A stretch of DNA of 64,000 bases from Octopus vulgaris (lineage: Eukaryota). Positions 12,261 through 26,000 of this stretch are shown here, one piece after another. The stretch spans positions 17,856,001-17,920,000 of the forward strand of contig OX597817.1 of NCBI GenBank assembly GCA_951406725.2, written 5' to 3'. The translations under genes were made by a program, and so were the position numbers. The notes beneath the pieces were generated by a model, which saw only the letters and a program-made list of their open reading frames with translations, did no database searches and was not told the DNA's origin. Position 1 is the stretch's first letter. Each line of letters begins with the position of its first letter.

Positions 12261-15200
12261 AAGAGCTGTTATCTCAATTTCTAAAAATATATTTTTTTAT
12301 GTTTCATATTTAACAAGTCAGTGTTTTCGTTATATGCAAAGATTCTTTTCCTTTTCAGTAGTCTGTCTCACTTGTATGTGTGTGTGTGTAGTTTTGTTTT
12401 AATGTCTGCTTTTTATGCTTGCATGCAAAATTCATTGAGGCAGATATTCTACAGTTGAATGCCTTTCCTATATAGAGAGAGAGAGAGTGAGAGTGAAAAA
12501 GATTTTGAATTATATAAATTATTTTCACAATGGTCTTTCTTTTCTGACTTCCTAGTTTTCCCAAGTCTATTATATACATATTCATTCATTGGGTTAAAAT
12601 TTGTTTTTCCTTGGTTGCATGGGTTAGATGAAGTTATGCATATGAGGCAAGATTTCAGTATCAGTTGTTCTTCTTTTCATTTCTCCAACTCTTATGTGTC
12701 TTTCAAGAAAGGGATTTTTTTATGTTGCAAGTCTTTAAAACACAGGACAGCTAGTCATTCATTCATTTAAACATATATAGATACATAACACACACACACA
12801 CACACGGGCAATGATGTTGCTTGTGAAATAGTGTATAAGTACATAGTTGTGAGCTTAGCTGTGTGGTTAACAAATTCACTTCCCAGCCACATGGTTTCAA
12901 GTTCAGTCCCCTGCAGAGCACCTTGAGCATGCTTTGTCTTTTAATATAGTCCTGGGCTGGCTGACCAAAGCTTTGTGTGTGGATTTAGTAGGCAGAAACT
13001 AAATCTGTTATCTCTATATATATATATATATATATACACACACATATCTACATATGTGTGAGTGTGTGTTTGCATCTTATTTTGACATTGTGCAATACTT
13101 GTAAACTAGCATCACTGCCACACAAGAAGTGTTGTTTACTTCCAGTTGTCCTGGAAACATGTCAAGTTATGGGGAAATAGGGCCTTGCTTGGAAACAGGT
13201 GAGGACATCCAATTGTAAAAAAATGTCTGCCTCAACGAATTCCAACAAGCATGAGAAGTAGATGTTAAAACAATGAGGAAGAAGGTGTGCTTTATATTCA
13301 CAAAAACATGTTATCTCTTAATGTCTCTAACCTAGCAGTTCAACAAGCAGAAATGATAAAAGAAAAAAAGTATCAGACAGAAATAAGCACTATGGTCAAT
13401 ATGATCTACAAAACCTTTGGTGGTTATGTCACAGCATGGTTGCAGTCTAATGACTGATGCCAGTAAAAGAATATATGCATGAGGAGTGGATCAAAGAGTT
13501 TTACCAGTACTAGAGAACCTTCCTGAAGGGTTTGTTTCTAAACTACTTCTTTTCAGCAAAGCTGTTGTTTATGAATGAGGTATGTTTTCCATAATAAAAC
13601 AATCTCACTTCCATAAATCCCTTACAACCTTTTGTTTTTCTCTAACCCAATGACTCCCAAGAGTTATACTGCACTCCATGGACACATTAAGATCTATGAA
13701 GAGTGCAGTGAACAATACATCAATTTCAAGTTTAATTACATCCACTACTTATGTTACATAAGGTTGTGTTAGGTATCCAAGTGTTTTAGTGGGAGTTTGA
13801 AAAAAATTTTGGGTAACACTGCTTTAGACAAAGAATTCATAGCAAAACATTCCTCACCTGCAGGGCTGGCTCAAGATACCAACAACTCTCCTTTTACAGT
13901 AAACCAACAAAGTACTACTAATGTTCATTTTAGATAGACATTCTGTGACAGTAAGTTTTGTGACATGAATTTCACTGAAGAATTTGTTGACTATCTCATG
14001 TTGAATTTCGTTATGCATGTAGTCATAATTGAAAATAGTAATCTTTTAATTTGCAATGTGTGTGTGTAATGCATTCAACACAATTGCTTACATTGATTGG
14101 CACATGGTTACAAATTTACTGTCATGTGTTTTATGCTACATGTTGACACTGGAGAATTAGAAAAGAAAGTGAAATTACAAGCAGTGACATCTAAAGTGTT
14201 AGGGGATATTTGGTATGCATACTCCAGTTCTTTATTTTATAACTCCTCCAAATGTCTCTGCGTTATTTTATTTGTTCCAGTTCACCATCTTTATAAACGT
14301 AATTAATATATTATTTCTTACTTTAGAATAAGACTATACATTTAAGATGGGGGTGGAGTAGAATTATTTTTATTGACCTCAGAGGAATAAATTTCTAGTT
14401 CAACATTTCGTTTTGCAATTCAGCTGGTTTCACATTCCCTTTGATGAATATTAATATAACATATGGACGAATAAAAAATACATTTGACAAAAAATTTACT
14501 CAGAATTTGAGTAAATTTAACTTTTCAAATTTTTTAAAAATTTTATTTTACTTTCATTAGTAATAAAAATCGAATCTCAACTAAAAAATCAGTTTACAAT
14601 AAACTATACATGGTTTCTCCAATTGACAAAAAAAACAAAAAAAAAGAAAGAAAAGGCTATGTCGCTAGGTTGTTGGCAATCGGTTAACAACCAGTTAAAA
14701 ATCTTGTAGATGCACCTAGTGCTAATAAACCATACAATGTCGATTTTAAATAGAAATAATCAATGAATAATATTGATTTTGTTGAAATGAGTTGTGATTT
14801 TTTTTTTTTTTCAATTTTTAATATATGCACAAGCGAACTGTGAACACTGATAGGTGAACACAGAAATAGTGTACACTTCCATGTTTACGTTTTGGGAAAT
14901 GAACATTACATTTCAACAATAGGAAACCTATAATTTAAATACGTTAACAATTCCTTATGAATAATACTTTATTTTTTTAATGGTAAGATAACTGTAAATT
15001 ATGTAGTAGAAGCGAGTTAGACTTTGGTATCATTTCATTAACTATTGGTTTCCTGCACTTTATCGTCGCCATCTTTGACCCATTTGTAAATCCGGGAAGA
15101 AGACCAAGACACAAATAAAAAAAAATGGCCTATTCAAGGGAGATAAGTCGTAGCGTTTTTAAGTAGGTTAATATATGCAATAATGGCATCATGTTTATTG

Positions 15201-16182
15201 TACGTTTGGTCTAATAGCAGTCTGGGTTTTTTTTCTTGTGTTCTTCCTTCTCGCATTTCCCCGATTCCTTTCCAGCCTTCTCGCTAAGATCACTTTCTAT
15301 AAGAAATCATGATGTGTTATAAGTAAGAAAAGGGGCCAGAAAAGAAATATTAATGTATAAGCAATCAAATAAAACTTGTGATTGTCTTTAACCTGTAACA
15401 TATGTTAACACCTGTATAACTATATATACACATACACATCCCGTTTTTTTTATTTTGCTTGTGCTGTTAAATGAAAACTGCGTCGCGGTTTATTTCTTGC
15501 TGACTCATCATTACCGAACGAATAATCTCGCGCGGTGGTTATTCAATCTATCATTCTTTAGCAATAATAAACATATTTTAGGTGGAAGTGTTAAATGCTT
15601 ATTTTCCTTCTTTTAGAATTTAACGTATTATATAAGTTACGGACTTATGCTTTTGTACAAAATTCATACTGTAGCTTCTTAGTCAGGTTACATAACATTA
15701 TTATAATCAGTGTCCTTTGTACTACAAACTAGGTAGCAAGTATCTTTACTGGTTTATGTATATCTAAATGGTGCTGTCTAAAACCAAGTTATTTCTATCT
15801 TTGAATATAAATTGCTTTTAGATTAATCGATAGGAACTTTTATAATTTTACGTTAAATTCATTTATTTATTTATTTTGCCCGGCACTCATGTCAGATTAA
15901 AAGTAAATTACGTAAGGTATTTTAAAAATTTGCCAGAAATCTATATTTTTACTTCATTTATGGAATACTTTTAACTCTTTTTTTTTTGAAAATTCTACAT
16001 TTAACCAATGTAGCATATTCACACCCACGCACTTTACGTAATGTGTGCTAATTTAAGCCTTGATTTAAATACTCTTTATTTTATTCATTATATTACTCTA
16101 CAATTACGTGACTTTTTATTGTGCGTCATTTTACACAAAATTCTATGTCTATTAATGAACTATTTTGTATTAATATTTCCAG

Positions 16183-16280
16183 GGTGTCCTCCAACGGCCG
16201 AAGCACTTCTCTATGGTGTACTCCAACTTCAGAAAAAGATAAAGCGAATGAATACATTACAAATGTGGTACAGAAAATAG
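16183..16280 (+). CDS. NDUFS7: NDUFS7 last coding exon
   Basis: atttccag acceptor completes the Gly codon in phase; (G)[31 protein letters not shown]. Confidence 0.97.
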
Positions 16281-16430
16281 TGCATTTGATTAGATTTTTA
16301 TAGTTTTTTTATTTTTTTTTTTTTTATCATAGATCTTGTTTTTGAGTATTTATTATACTTTGACACATGCAAGATGAAACTGTACAAAGAAACCTGTTAT
16401 TTTCTGAATATGAACATCAAAGAAATAAGG

Positions 16431-16472
<42 letters not shown>

Positions 16473-16475
16473 TGA

Positions 16476-16481
16476 AATAAA
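16476..16481 (+). terminator. Probable NDUFS7 polyadenylation signal
   Basis: AATAAA ~195 nt after the stop codon, followed by a U/GU-rich downstream tract at ~16500-16530. Confidence 0.6.
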
Positions 16482-16579
16482 TGTGTTGAAACGTTCCACT
16501 TTTTTGTTTGTTATTTGTGTGTTTTTTGGGGGGTTTTTTCATCTTTTTCCTGTTTTCTCAAACTGGAATGAATTGAACT

Positions 16580-16937
16580 CTCTCTCTTTACTCTTTTACT
16601 TGTTTCAGTCATTTGACTGCGGCCATGCTGGAGCGCCGCCTTTAATCGAGCAACTCGACCCCGGGACTTATTCTTTTTGTAAGCCCAGTACTTATTCTAT
16701 CGGTCTCTTTTGCCGAATCGCTAAGTAACGGAGACATAAACACACCAGCATATATATATATATACATATATACGACGGGCTTCTTTTCAGTTTCCGTCTA
16801 CCAAATCCACTCACAAGGCATTGGTCGGCCCGAGGCTATAGTAGAAGACACTTGCCCAAGGTGCCACGCAGTGGGACTGAAACCAGAACCATGTGGTTGG
16901 TAAGCAAGCTACTTACCACACAGCCACTCCTGCGCCT
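16580..16937 (-). mobile_element. SINE family A (internally deleted)
   Basis: Reverse complement of the family consensus, just 3' of NDUFS7. Confidence 0.9.
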
Positions 16938-17460
16938 GGATCTCATTGATGAGGTTTAATGAATCCCTTCTACTTTTGTTTGAATTCTTCTTATTTTAAC
17001 TTATTACTCTACTACTTCATTTATCGATTCCTGAAATAACGAAAGGCAAATATGGCCTCCTTGGAATTTGAACTCAAAGCAAAAAAAAAGCCAGGACAAA
17101 TTCTGTAAAGCATTGTGCCATCATCATCATCAATTTAATATCCATTTGTCATGAGGGCATGGGCTGAACAGTTTGACAGGATCCAGCAAGCCAGGGTTGT
17201 ACCAAGCTCCAGTGTCCGCTTTGAAGTGTTTTCTACTGCAGAATGCCCCTCCTAAAACCAGCCACCTTACAGTGTGTACTGGGTGCTTTTTTGTGCCGCC
17301 AGCACTAGTAAGGTCACCAGGTAAGATAGCAAAAGAGCAGAATAGGGAAAAGCCCGCATGACTAAGAGGAAAGGGTGTTAGAGAGAGGAGGTGGCTTTAT
17401 ACCTGATGTTGAGACACTAAAGTAGGACAGAGGAACAAGCACTGGTGTTTACCCCATGTT

Positions 17461-17700
17461 ATCATCATCATCATCATTTAGCATCCGCTTTCCATGCTAG
17501 CATGGGTTGGACGGTTCAACTGGGGTCTGTGAAGCCAGAAGGCTGCATCAGGCCCAGTCTGATCTGGCAGTGTTTCTACGGCTGGATGCCCTTCCTAACG
17601 CCAACCACTCCGTGAGTGTAGTGGGTGCTTTTTACGTGCCACCGGCACGGGGGCCAGGTGAGGCTGGCAACGGCCACGAACAGATGGAGCTTTTATGTGC
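17461..17700 (-). mobile_element. RTE-derived 3' UTR element
   Basis: (CAT)n tail plus the reverse complement of the family end. Confidence 0.75.
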
Positions 17701-17737
17701 CACCGAAGAGTGAATAGGAAGAAGATAAAGATAATTG

Positions 17738-18149
17738 GGATCTTTTCGGTTTGAACGGCAGTTTTTTCTAGCAGTGTCATATGAAATTGTCACCCATAAT
17801 TATGACCCTAGAATCGATCTATTGCATTTCAATCTCTGCCAGGGTTAGGGGTGGGGGAAGGGTATCTTTTTTTTCTTTACAAATGTAAATATACCCAATC
17901 TGTTTCTTAAATGAGGGACATATTCATACGGCACAGGATGCTTTTTAACTCAATAAACGTCACTGATTGGTTGAAATTGCAGAAATTGAAGAAAAAAAAA
18001 ACAACAAATATCTTACAAACTATAGAATTTTCTCAATAAAGCCAAGAGAAAAGATGTTTTATAAACACATTCTGCCAGTATACGAAATTTAAAATTTTTT
18101 AATTACCTAGAAATTATGTTAAAAACTGCCGTTCAAACCGAAAAGATCC
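17738..18149. mobile_element. Merlin-like MITE (GGATCTTTTC TIR), asymmetric form
   Basis: TIR ggatcttttcggtttgaacggcagttttt at both ends; 8-bp TSD gataattg/gatagttg; GG termini. Confidence 0.8.
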
Positions 18150-18509
18150 GATAGTTGTGATGGTAACTTGAGAGTTTGCCAGAGCAAATTCTCAAGGTAC
18201 AAGAAGGTGAGCATTTCTGTGATTAGGTGATAGAGACTAGGTCATTATAAGAGATCATATGAGACTGTGTGGCCTAACATCTGCAAATTCTGTGGATGCT
18301 TTTAGGGATTAGTTGTTCATGAGTAGTGAGTAAAACCATAGTGCTTTTCCCTGGGATGTATAGTAACTGTTGAAGGAAACTAAATTTTTAGTCCTCATTA
18401 GAGGAATTTTTTTTAAAGACCTTTGTTTCTGAAAGATGTGCATGCTTGGCATAATTTGACATGGTTGTATATAACTGATCAGCACCAGTGCGGAGAAATT
18501 ATAGAGTAT

Positions 18510-18884
18510 ACAGGTGCTGGAGTGGCTGTGTGGTAAGTAGCTTGCTAACCAACCACATGGTTCCGGGTTCAGTCCCACTGCTTGGCATCTTGGGCAAGTG
18601 CCTTCTGCTATAGCCCCGGGCCGACCAATGCCTTGTAAGTGGATTTGGTAGACGGAAACTGAAAAAAGCCTGTCGTATATATATATGTATGTGTTTGTCC
18701 CCCTAGCATTGCTTGACAACCGATGCTGGTGTGTTTACGTCCCCGTCACTTAGCTGTTCGGCAAAAGAGACCGATAGAATAAGTACTGGGCTTACAAAGA
18801 ATAAGTCCTGGGGTTGATTTGCTCGACTAAAGGCGGTGCTCCAGCATGGCCGCAGTCAAATGACTGAAACAAGTAAAAGAGTAA
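18510..18884 (+). mobile_element. SINE family A
   Basis: Near-identical to 10649-11058. Confidence 0.9.
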
Positions 18885-19979
18885 TGAAAGATATCTGCAA
18901 AGGGGATATGTGGTTTAAAAGCTTATTGAGATAGGTCATTAGGGTACAGAAACATCAGATCCTGATATTCAGAAGTTGCCAGAATGAAATTCAATTTCAG
19001 TGATATAATCTGGTAGATTTCTAATCCAAGATCCACTCTTATGCAGATGAAACAATCCTTCATTCCTAACACTTCCTAACCATTCATCAATATCATAAAT
19101 CAAACCCATACTGACTTCGTAAATAGAGATCTCAAAAGCATCTTCCAATAAGAACATTCCAACCTTGTCTATTTTTTTATTGCAAGAAAACCCGAATATG
19201 ACTTGTATCAAGAAAACATCATCACAACGAGCACTCTGCTTTATCTTGAACAGCACTCCATTAGAGCCTTTGCAATCTTGCCAGTTGTTAGGTCTCACTA
19301 CCACTGAGGTTCTGACAAAAGCATATCCTTAACATAGCTAGGACCACAACTCTATGACTGACTCTTCTCTTCAGAGCCAGTAGATAATTCAGCCTCCATT
19401 AATTATTGAAACTCTACGGAACTCAGGGATGGTACTGCTGCACACACAGATACCCTAGACCACATCCAGAAAAAGGCTACCCAATTCATAAAGTTACCCA
19501 TGCTCCCTCTCTAATAGGCACACTGTTTTCTCTCTCTACTAATACTATAATGGCCTCTGCCCTTCAGAGTTGGTTGTACTCATACCACCTCCACTCAGAC
19601 ATTTCTATCACATTTGCCTCTGCTCCTCTTATCCCCCTCGTTTCAAATCACCTCCTCCAGACCCTGCCTTGCACTAATCATTACACCCAATCCTTCCTTC
19701 TCAGAATGTCATCCTCTGGAATACCATCCTTATATCTTTCTACAGTTGTTGATTTACAAAGGTTTAAGATGAAGAATAATGTTATTGATGTCAGTCCAGA
19801 ATGGTCTGTGAAGGTCATGAGCACTGCCATTTCATCCAGTCCCTGCAAGTGGAAAAAAAAAGAGAATGATAGGTAAGGCCATAGCTGACAATTTTATTAG
19901 GAAGTTTTTTGTGCTGGACACAGTCAAGGGCAACAGCATTTGCTATTTGATATGCTAATAGTATTTGTTATTCATCAAT

Positions 19980-20300
19980 ATGTAGTGAACACAATATTTT
20001 CCTTGGTAGTTGCAGTTTCAGGACATCTAAACCTTGGGTCATATTCAAGACTCTCCCTTCCCCTCCTAAATTCAGTTGCCTGCTTTTGCACTATGGATAA
20101 AACTGGGGCATCATCCCTTAATCTAGCAACCATGTCAGCATGAATATCCTTGGGGATTAAACCCTTTTTCTGAAAGTTCTTGATAACACCACAATACCAA
20201 ATTTTATCCATTTTCAAGAGAACATCGATACTAGTTACTTTTGAAGTCTTCTTTGAACAGTCAGATGTTACTTTACCTAGAAAGAAACAATACAGTTATT
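19980..20300 (-). pseudogene. mariner transposase N-terminal relic
   Basis: MDKIWYCGVIK...IHADMV...EFRRGRESLEYDPR..P.TATTKENI (helix-turn-helix region of mariner transposases). Confidence 0.8.
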
Positions 20301-20775
20301 AATTAGCAGAGTTGGAATTAATGCATGCAAAATACATTCCTTGCCTATGGTAAGAGATGTTATTTTTGTTTTTTCAACTGCAAGTTTGAGATCTTTGCCG
20401 ATTGGGCATATTGTAGCAGCTGGTAAGTTAGCCAGCTCATGCAACATGCTCAGGAGTGAAAGCCAACCAGGAAGCTGAATGTCTTCTAGCTGCTTTCAGT
20501 GTCCTGCAAAGAAAGTCTGAGTGAGGAGCCTCCTCAACTAAAACATATCACCTTCTCAGAACTCACTAGATTGCAAGTTCATTCCAAGTAAAGAATGATT
20601 CTTTACTACAATACTCAGGACTGTTCAGGCCAAGTTTTGGAACATTCAACATGTATATATAAAGTAAATAAGATAAAATAAAAAATAAACATACACGTGT
20701 GCACACACAAACACAACCACGCAAACATACATATACACATACACTTCTACACACATTAGCATAAATACACGCATA

Positions 20776-21263
20776 CCGTAAATCTTCAAGTATAATCTGC
20801 ATTTTTTTCCCAAAATTTAAAGGTCAAAATCCCTAATACGTACTATATACGAGGTTAAAAATGAAAAATATTTTCTAAGCAATGTCCGAGTATTTGCTAT
20901 CCAGCAATGTTTATTCAGACGCATTTTGTGAGGTCGGGTGCGAAAATACCTGAAAGCAATGAAGTCATAAAAGAATCATCCATAACTTGCAGTAAGCAAC
21001 ATTTATTAAAATAAAAGTATTCAGAATACAGAATAACATGTAACAAAAACAATTTGCAAAATATTTACATTCCCATATAACAGTTAAGAACATCACCATT
21101 ATTGTATTACACATGCGTGGAAGTGTTTGTTCGACTAAGTGCTGCTGGCTTAATTACACACGACTCAAGTTAGAGAAGGGGTGCGTATTATACACAAGGT
21201 TTAGGTTTTTCAGAAGCACAGCCCCCTAAAAATCCCTTGCATATTATACTCGAGGATTTATGG
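20776..21263. mobile_element. Tc1/mariner-superfamily MITE (CCGT termini, TA TSD)
   Basis: ta|ccgtaaatcttcaagtataat ... attatactcgaggatttatgg|ta. Confidence 0.7.
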
Positions 21264-21549
21264 TACACATGCATCAACACAAACATATGTATGTGTGTCT
21301 ATGTATACATAAACACTGAAATAGTATAAAAAAAGATATCAAGGTACTTTACAAAGGGTCATAAGCTCTATAAATGAACAGATCAACCAAGTCAAAAATC
21401 AAAAGGGATGCAGTGTTATCATGGAGAAGTGTATATCCTGAGGTAAGTTGGTAAAATGTTACCGATGTGGTGCAGATATAACCAGAAGATTTAGAGGATG
21501 GTGGTGCATGTCACTTTACTGTGTCCCACTTTTTAGATATATATGTGTA

Positions 21550-21930
21550 TGCTTGAGGAGACCTATTGAGTCAAGTACATCAACATCAAAAAATCAAATG
21601 GAAATTGTAGTTGTGATACCTGTGCCGGTGGCACGTAAAATGTACCATCCAAACGTGGCTGATACCAGCGCCACCCTGACTGGCTTCCGTGCCGGTGGCA
21701 CATAAAAAGCACCATCCGTCCGTGGCCGTTTGCCAGCCCCGTCTGGCACCTGTGCGGGTGGCACGTAAAAAGCACCCACTACACTCATGGAGTGGTTGGC
21801 GTTAGGAAGGGCATCCAGCTGTAGAAACACTGCCAGATCAGACTGGGCCTGGTGCAGCCTTCTGGCTCCCCAGACCCCGGTCGAACTGTCCAACACATGC
21901 TAGCATGGAAAATGGACGTTAAACGATGAT
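21550..21930 (+). mobile_element. RTE-derived 3' UTR element with minisatellite
   Basis: Same family as 4036-4790. Confidence 0.75.
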
Positions 21931-22291
21931 GTGTATATGTCTTTATCTTTGTGTTTGTGTATATGTCTTTATCTTTGTGTTTGTTCCCAACTAATGCTTG
22001 ACAAGTGTTGGTTTGTTTATGTCCTTGTAACTTAGCGGTTTGGTAAAAATGGCCAATAGAATAAGTACCAAGGTTTAAAAAATTAAGTACTAGTATATGT
22101 TTAACTAAGCTCTTTAAGATGATGCCCCAGTATGGCCACAACCCAGTGACCGAAACAAATAAAAGATAAATATTATAAACAAAACCAATTATTTATTCAA
22201 AGACACATTCCACTTTGATTCAAAGCCAATATATTAAACCAGAAATGCATTTTTTTTTCCATTTAAGACTATGTACTTGTCACTCACAAGT

Positions 22292-22463
22292 TATTCTGTT
22301 GTGTCTGGGGAGAGTCATTCTCTTTCTGTGCCTTATAATATAACACATGCACCGGTAAAATTTCCACTTATTTATTTTTTATTTTTTGTGGAAATTTTAC
22401 CGGTGAGTGTGTTATATTATAAGGCACAGAAAGAGAATGACTCTCCCCAGACACAACAGAATA
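22292..22463. repeat. Near-perfect hairpin (~76-bp arms, ~20-nt loop), probably a collapsed MITE
   Basis: tattctgttgtgtctggggagagtcattctc...ttccac / gtggaa...gagaatgactctccccagacacaacagaata. Confidence 0.85.
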
Positions 22464-22959
22464 TGCTTCAACACACAAACTCACATAAAGAATCTTGCAA
22501 ACCAAATCCAAAAACGAAATACTCACAAGTTAACTTACCTAAAAGAAAATCTTAGCTTAACAAAGTTCAAGTATTTACCCTAAAATACAACATTAATAAC
22601 AAAACAGAAATCATTCTAATTAATGGCAATTATTTGTAATATGAGTCCAGAAGCTGGTTTCTAGACCCACAAGGTCATTGTACTTCTCTAAACTCATTAT
22701 AAGAGTTACACTCTTCTTCACTCATAATTTGCTTTCTTGGTGCCGCTAATCATGTGGTGACATGATGGAAAATATTTTTACAGATGGGGATACTTTCCCT
22801 TGTTTTTCTTTTTTGACAGGTGGATTTTGTGTTCAAGGAAGTTAAATATTCTTTGGATGTGGGTGTAAGTATGTGTGTGTGTATGTGCATGTCTGTACAT
22901 GTGTGTGTGTTACACATGTTTTATTATTATGTATCAGTTTGAATTAATGCTATATTAGT

Positions 22960-23560
22960 ATCATCATCATTGTTTAACGTCCGTTTTCTATGCTGGCATG
23001 GGTTGGACGGTTCAACTGGGGTCTGGGAAGCCAGAAGGCTGCACCAGGCTCCAATCTGATCTGGCAGACTTTCTACAGCTGGATGCTCTTCCTTATGCCA
23101 ACCACTCCGTGAGTGTAGTGGGTGCTTTTTACATGCCACCTACACAGGTGCCAGACGAGGCTGGCAAACGGCCATGATCGGATGGTGCTTTTTAACGTGC
23201 CACTGGCACGGGGGCCAGACGAGGCTAGCAAACGGCCACAATCGGATGGTGCTTTTTACGTGCCACTGGCACGGGGGCTAGACGAGCTGGCAAACGGCCA
23301 CGATCGGATGGTGCTTTTTACATGCCACTGGCACGGGGGCCAGACGAGGCTGCCAATGGCCACAATTGGATGGTGCTTTTTACGTGCCACTGGCACGGAG
23401 GCCAGTCGGGGTGGCACTGGCAACGGCCACGTTCGGATGGTTCTCTTACGTCCCACCGGCACTGGTATCACAGCTACAATTTCCATTGATGTTGATCAAT
23501 TTCGATTTTGATTTTCACTTGCTTTTCACTTGATTTTCACTTGATTTTCACAGGTCTTCA
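22960..23560 (-). mobile_element. RTE-derived 3' UTR element with expanded ~61-bp minisatellite (5-6 units)
   Basis: Repeated ggatggtgctttttacgtgccactggcacgggggccagacgaggctggcaaacggccacgatc. Confidence 0.8.
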
Positions 23561-24951
23561 CAAGTAGGGTATATGTGTATGTAAATTAGATATATTTTTC
23601 TATGATGTATGCATTCACCACCTCGTGTTTGCATGTTACATGTTTATATTTATAAATGAAACACATCTGCATGTATGTGTACATTATAAACAGTGTATAG
23701 ATGCCTGTAGATGTTTACCTTCCAAGTCAGCTTTGGTTCAGCAAAACTATGTCCAAATGCATTCCAGCTATGACCATATCATTTTAAGAATATGTTGATT
23801 ACATTGTATAATATATATATACTCAATATAAAATAATGTACATTTAAACCCAAGAGAAAATTACCTTTAATGGGTAATTTTTACATGCTAGAAGAAGCAG
23901 TCAAAACGACCAAAACCACATTTAAGAGCAATTTTCGAAGGGAATGAAAAATAAAAACTTTTACCTTGTTATTTTTTACGGTTATACCTAGGTTTCAGAT
24001 AATTTTAGCAAATATATATATTTTGAGGGGAGGTTTATATTTAAAACAGTAGGTTTGATTTTTAGAGAGATTTAGCTATTATTTCTAGTAGGCTGAGTGA
24101 CATTATAGAGGCTCCTGCTCCATATGCCTTTGTATGCTAAGTATGTATAATCTGGTTGTATTATATGCATTTCAGCTTAAAACCAAGGCTATATAGCCAG
24201 ATTTAGAGTTTAGGTGATGCCAGAACTTTCAAATTCATTTACATTTTTAACTTATATTTAAAACCGAAACAAGGATCATAAATTTTCAAAGGAAGTACAT
24301 AGTTGTTACTTTTATCGTCATCATCATCATTTAACGTCAGTTTTCCATGCTGGTAAGGGTTAAATGATTTGACAGGAGCTGGTGCTTCAGAGGACTGCAC
24401 CAAGCTCTGCTGTCTGCTTTAGCAGGGTTTCTACAGCTGGATGCTTCTCCTGAAGCCAACCACTTCATACAGTGTACTGGGTGCTTTTTACATCACACCA
24501 GCACCAGCAAGTTCACCAATTAACTTGCAAGACAAGACTCCTTAACTAAGTGGGGAGTAGAATTGAAGGAGGTGGCTTTCTGTGAGGTGATGAGAGAAAA
24601 GGATATGATATTGGGATAAAAACAGGTGTTTTACTGTGGAAGAGATACATGGCTACCTCTGTTGGAAAGTGAGAAGAGAAAGAGAAAGACAGAGAGAGAG
24701 ATGATGGTGAAGATGTGTTGGGGTGTACCCTCAAGTTACAGGTAGGGATATATAAGTGGTGCAGATGATTGGAGATGGTGAGTGAGCAAAAAAGTGTGCA
24801 AGAATACAAAAGGAGAGCTGGGAAAATTCACACACACACACACAAAAGGTTTTATAGTTACTCCCAACTCTTTATAGTATTGAAGATAAAATCTTAATTT
24901 TTAAAAAAAAGGCAAGTTATTATTTAAAATAAAATAAAATAAAATAAACAA

Positions 24952-25350
24952 TAGGTGTAGGAATGGCTGTGTGGTAAGTAGCTTGCTAACCAACCACATG
25001 GTTCCGGGTTCAGTCCCACTGCATGGCATCTTGGGCAAGTGTCTTCTGCTATAGCCCCGGGCCGACCAATGCCTTGTGAGTGGATTTGGTAGATGGAAAC
25101 TGAAAGAAGCCTGTCGTATATATGTATATATATGTATGTGTGTGTTTGTGTGTCTGTGTTTCTCCCCCTAGCATTGCTTGACAACCGATGCTGGTGTGTT
25201 TACGTCCCCGTCACTTAGCGGTTCGGCAAAAGAGACCGATAGAATAAGTACTGGGCTTACAAAGAATAAGTCCTGGGGTCGATTTGCTCAACTAAAGGCG
25301 GTGCTCCAGCATGGCCACAGTCAAATGACTGAAACAAGTAAAAGGTAAAA
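24952..25350 (+). mobile_element. SINE family A
   Basis: Family consensus. Confidence 0.9.
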
Positions 25351-25607
25351 AGTAAAGGTAAAAAAGGTATTGTTATACTTTGGGATGGTCACTTTCTGTC
25401 AATTAAATACACACACTATTTATCTGATCTTCACTTTAGTTTTTATTCACATTATTTTTAGCTTATACATCTGTCAAAGTTCTTTCATCACACCTTCTGT
25501 AACCTCTTCAGTAGCTCTCTGTCCCATGTCTTCTCTTGTCCTGCTTTTTCCCCAGAGATCCACTCAACAGGTCATAGAGTGTGTGACAAAAGAACTTTGA
25601 CAAATAT

Positions 25608-26000
25608 ACTCTTTTACTCTTTTACTTGTTTCAGTCATTTGACTGCGGCCATGCTGGAGCACTGCCTTTAGTCGAGCAAATCGACCCTGGGACTTATTCT
25701 TTGTAAGCCCAGTACTTATTCTATCGGTCTCTTTTGCCGAACCGCTAAGTTACGGGGATGTAAACACACCAGCATCGGTTGTCAAGCAGTGCTAGGGGGA
25801 CAAACACAGACACACAAACACATACATATATATATATACATATATACGACAGGCTTCTTTCAGTTTCCGTCTACCAAATCCACTCACAAGGCATTGGTCG
25901 GCCCGGGGCTATAGCAGAAGACACTTGCCCAAGATGCCATGCAGTGGGACTGAACCCGGAACCATGTGGTTGGTTAGCAAGCTACTTACCACACAGCCAC
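25608..26000 (-). mobile_element. SINE family A
   Basis: Reverse complement of consensus, inverted relative to 24952-25350. Confidence 0.9.

Noticed and set aside
23120-23470. Regularly spaced repeats resembling a CRISPR array
   Set aside because: The whole ~61-bp unit repeats with no unique spacers, it lies within a retroelement UTR, there are no cas genes, and the context is eukaryotic
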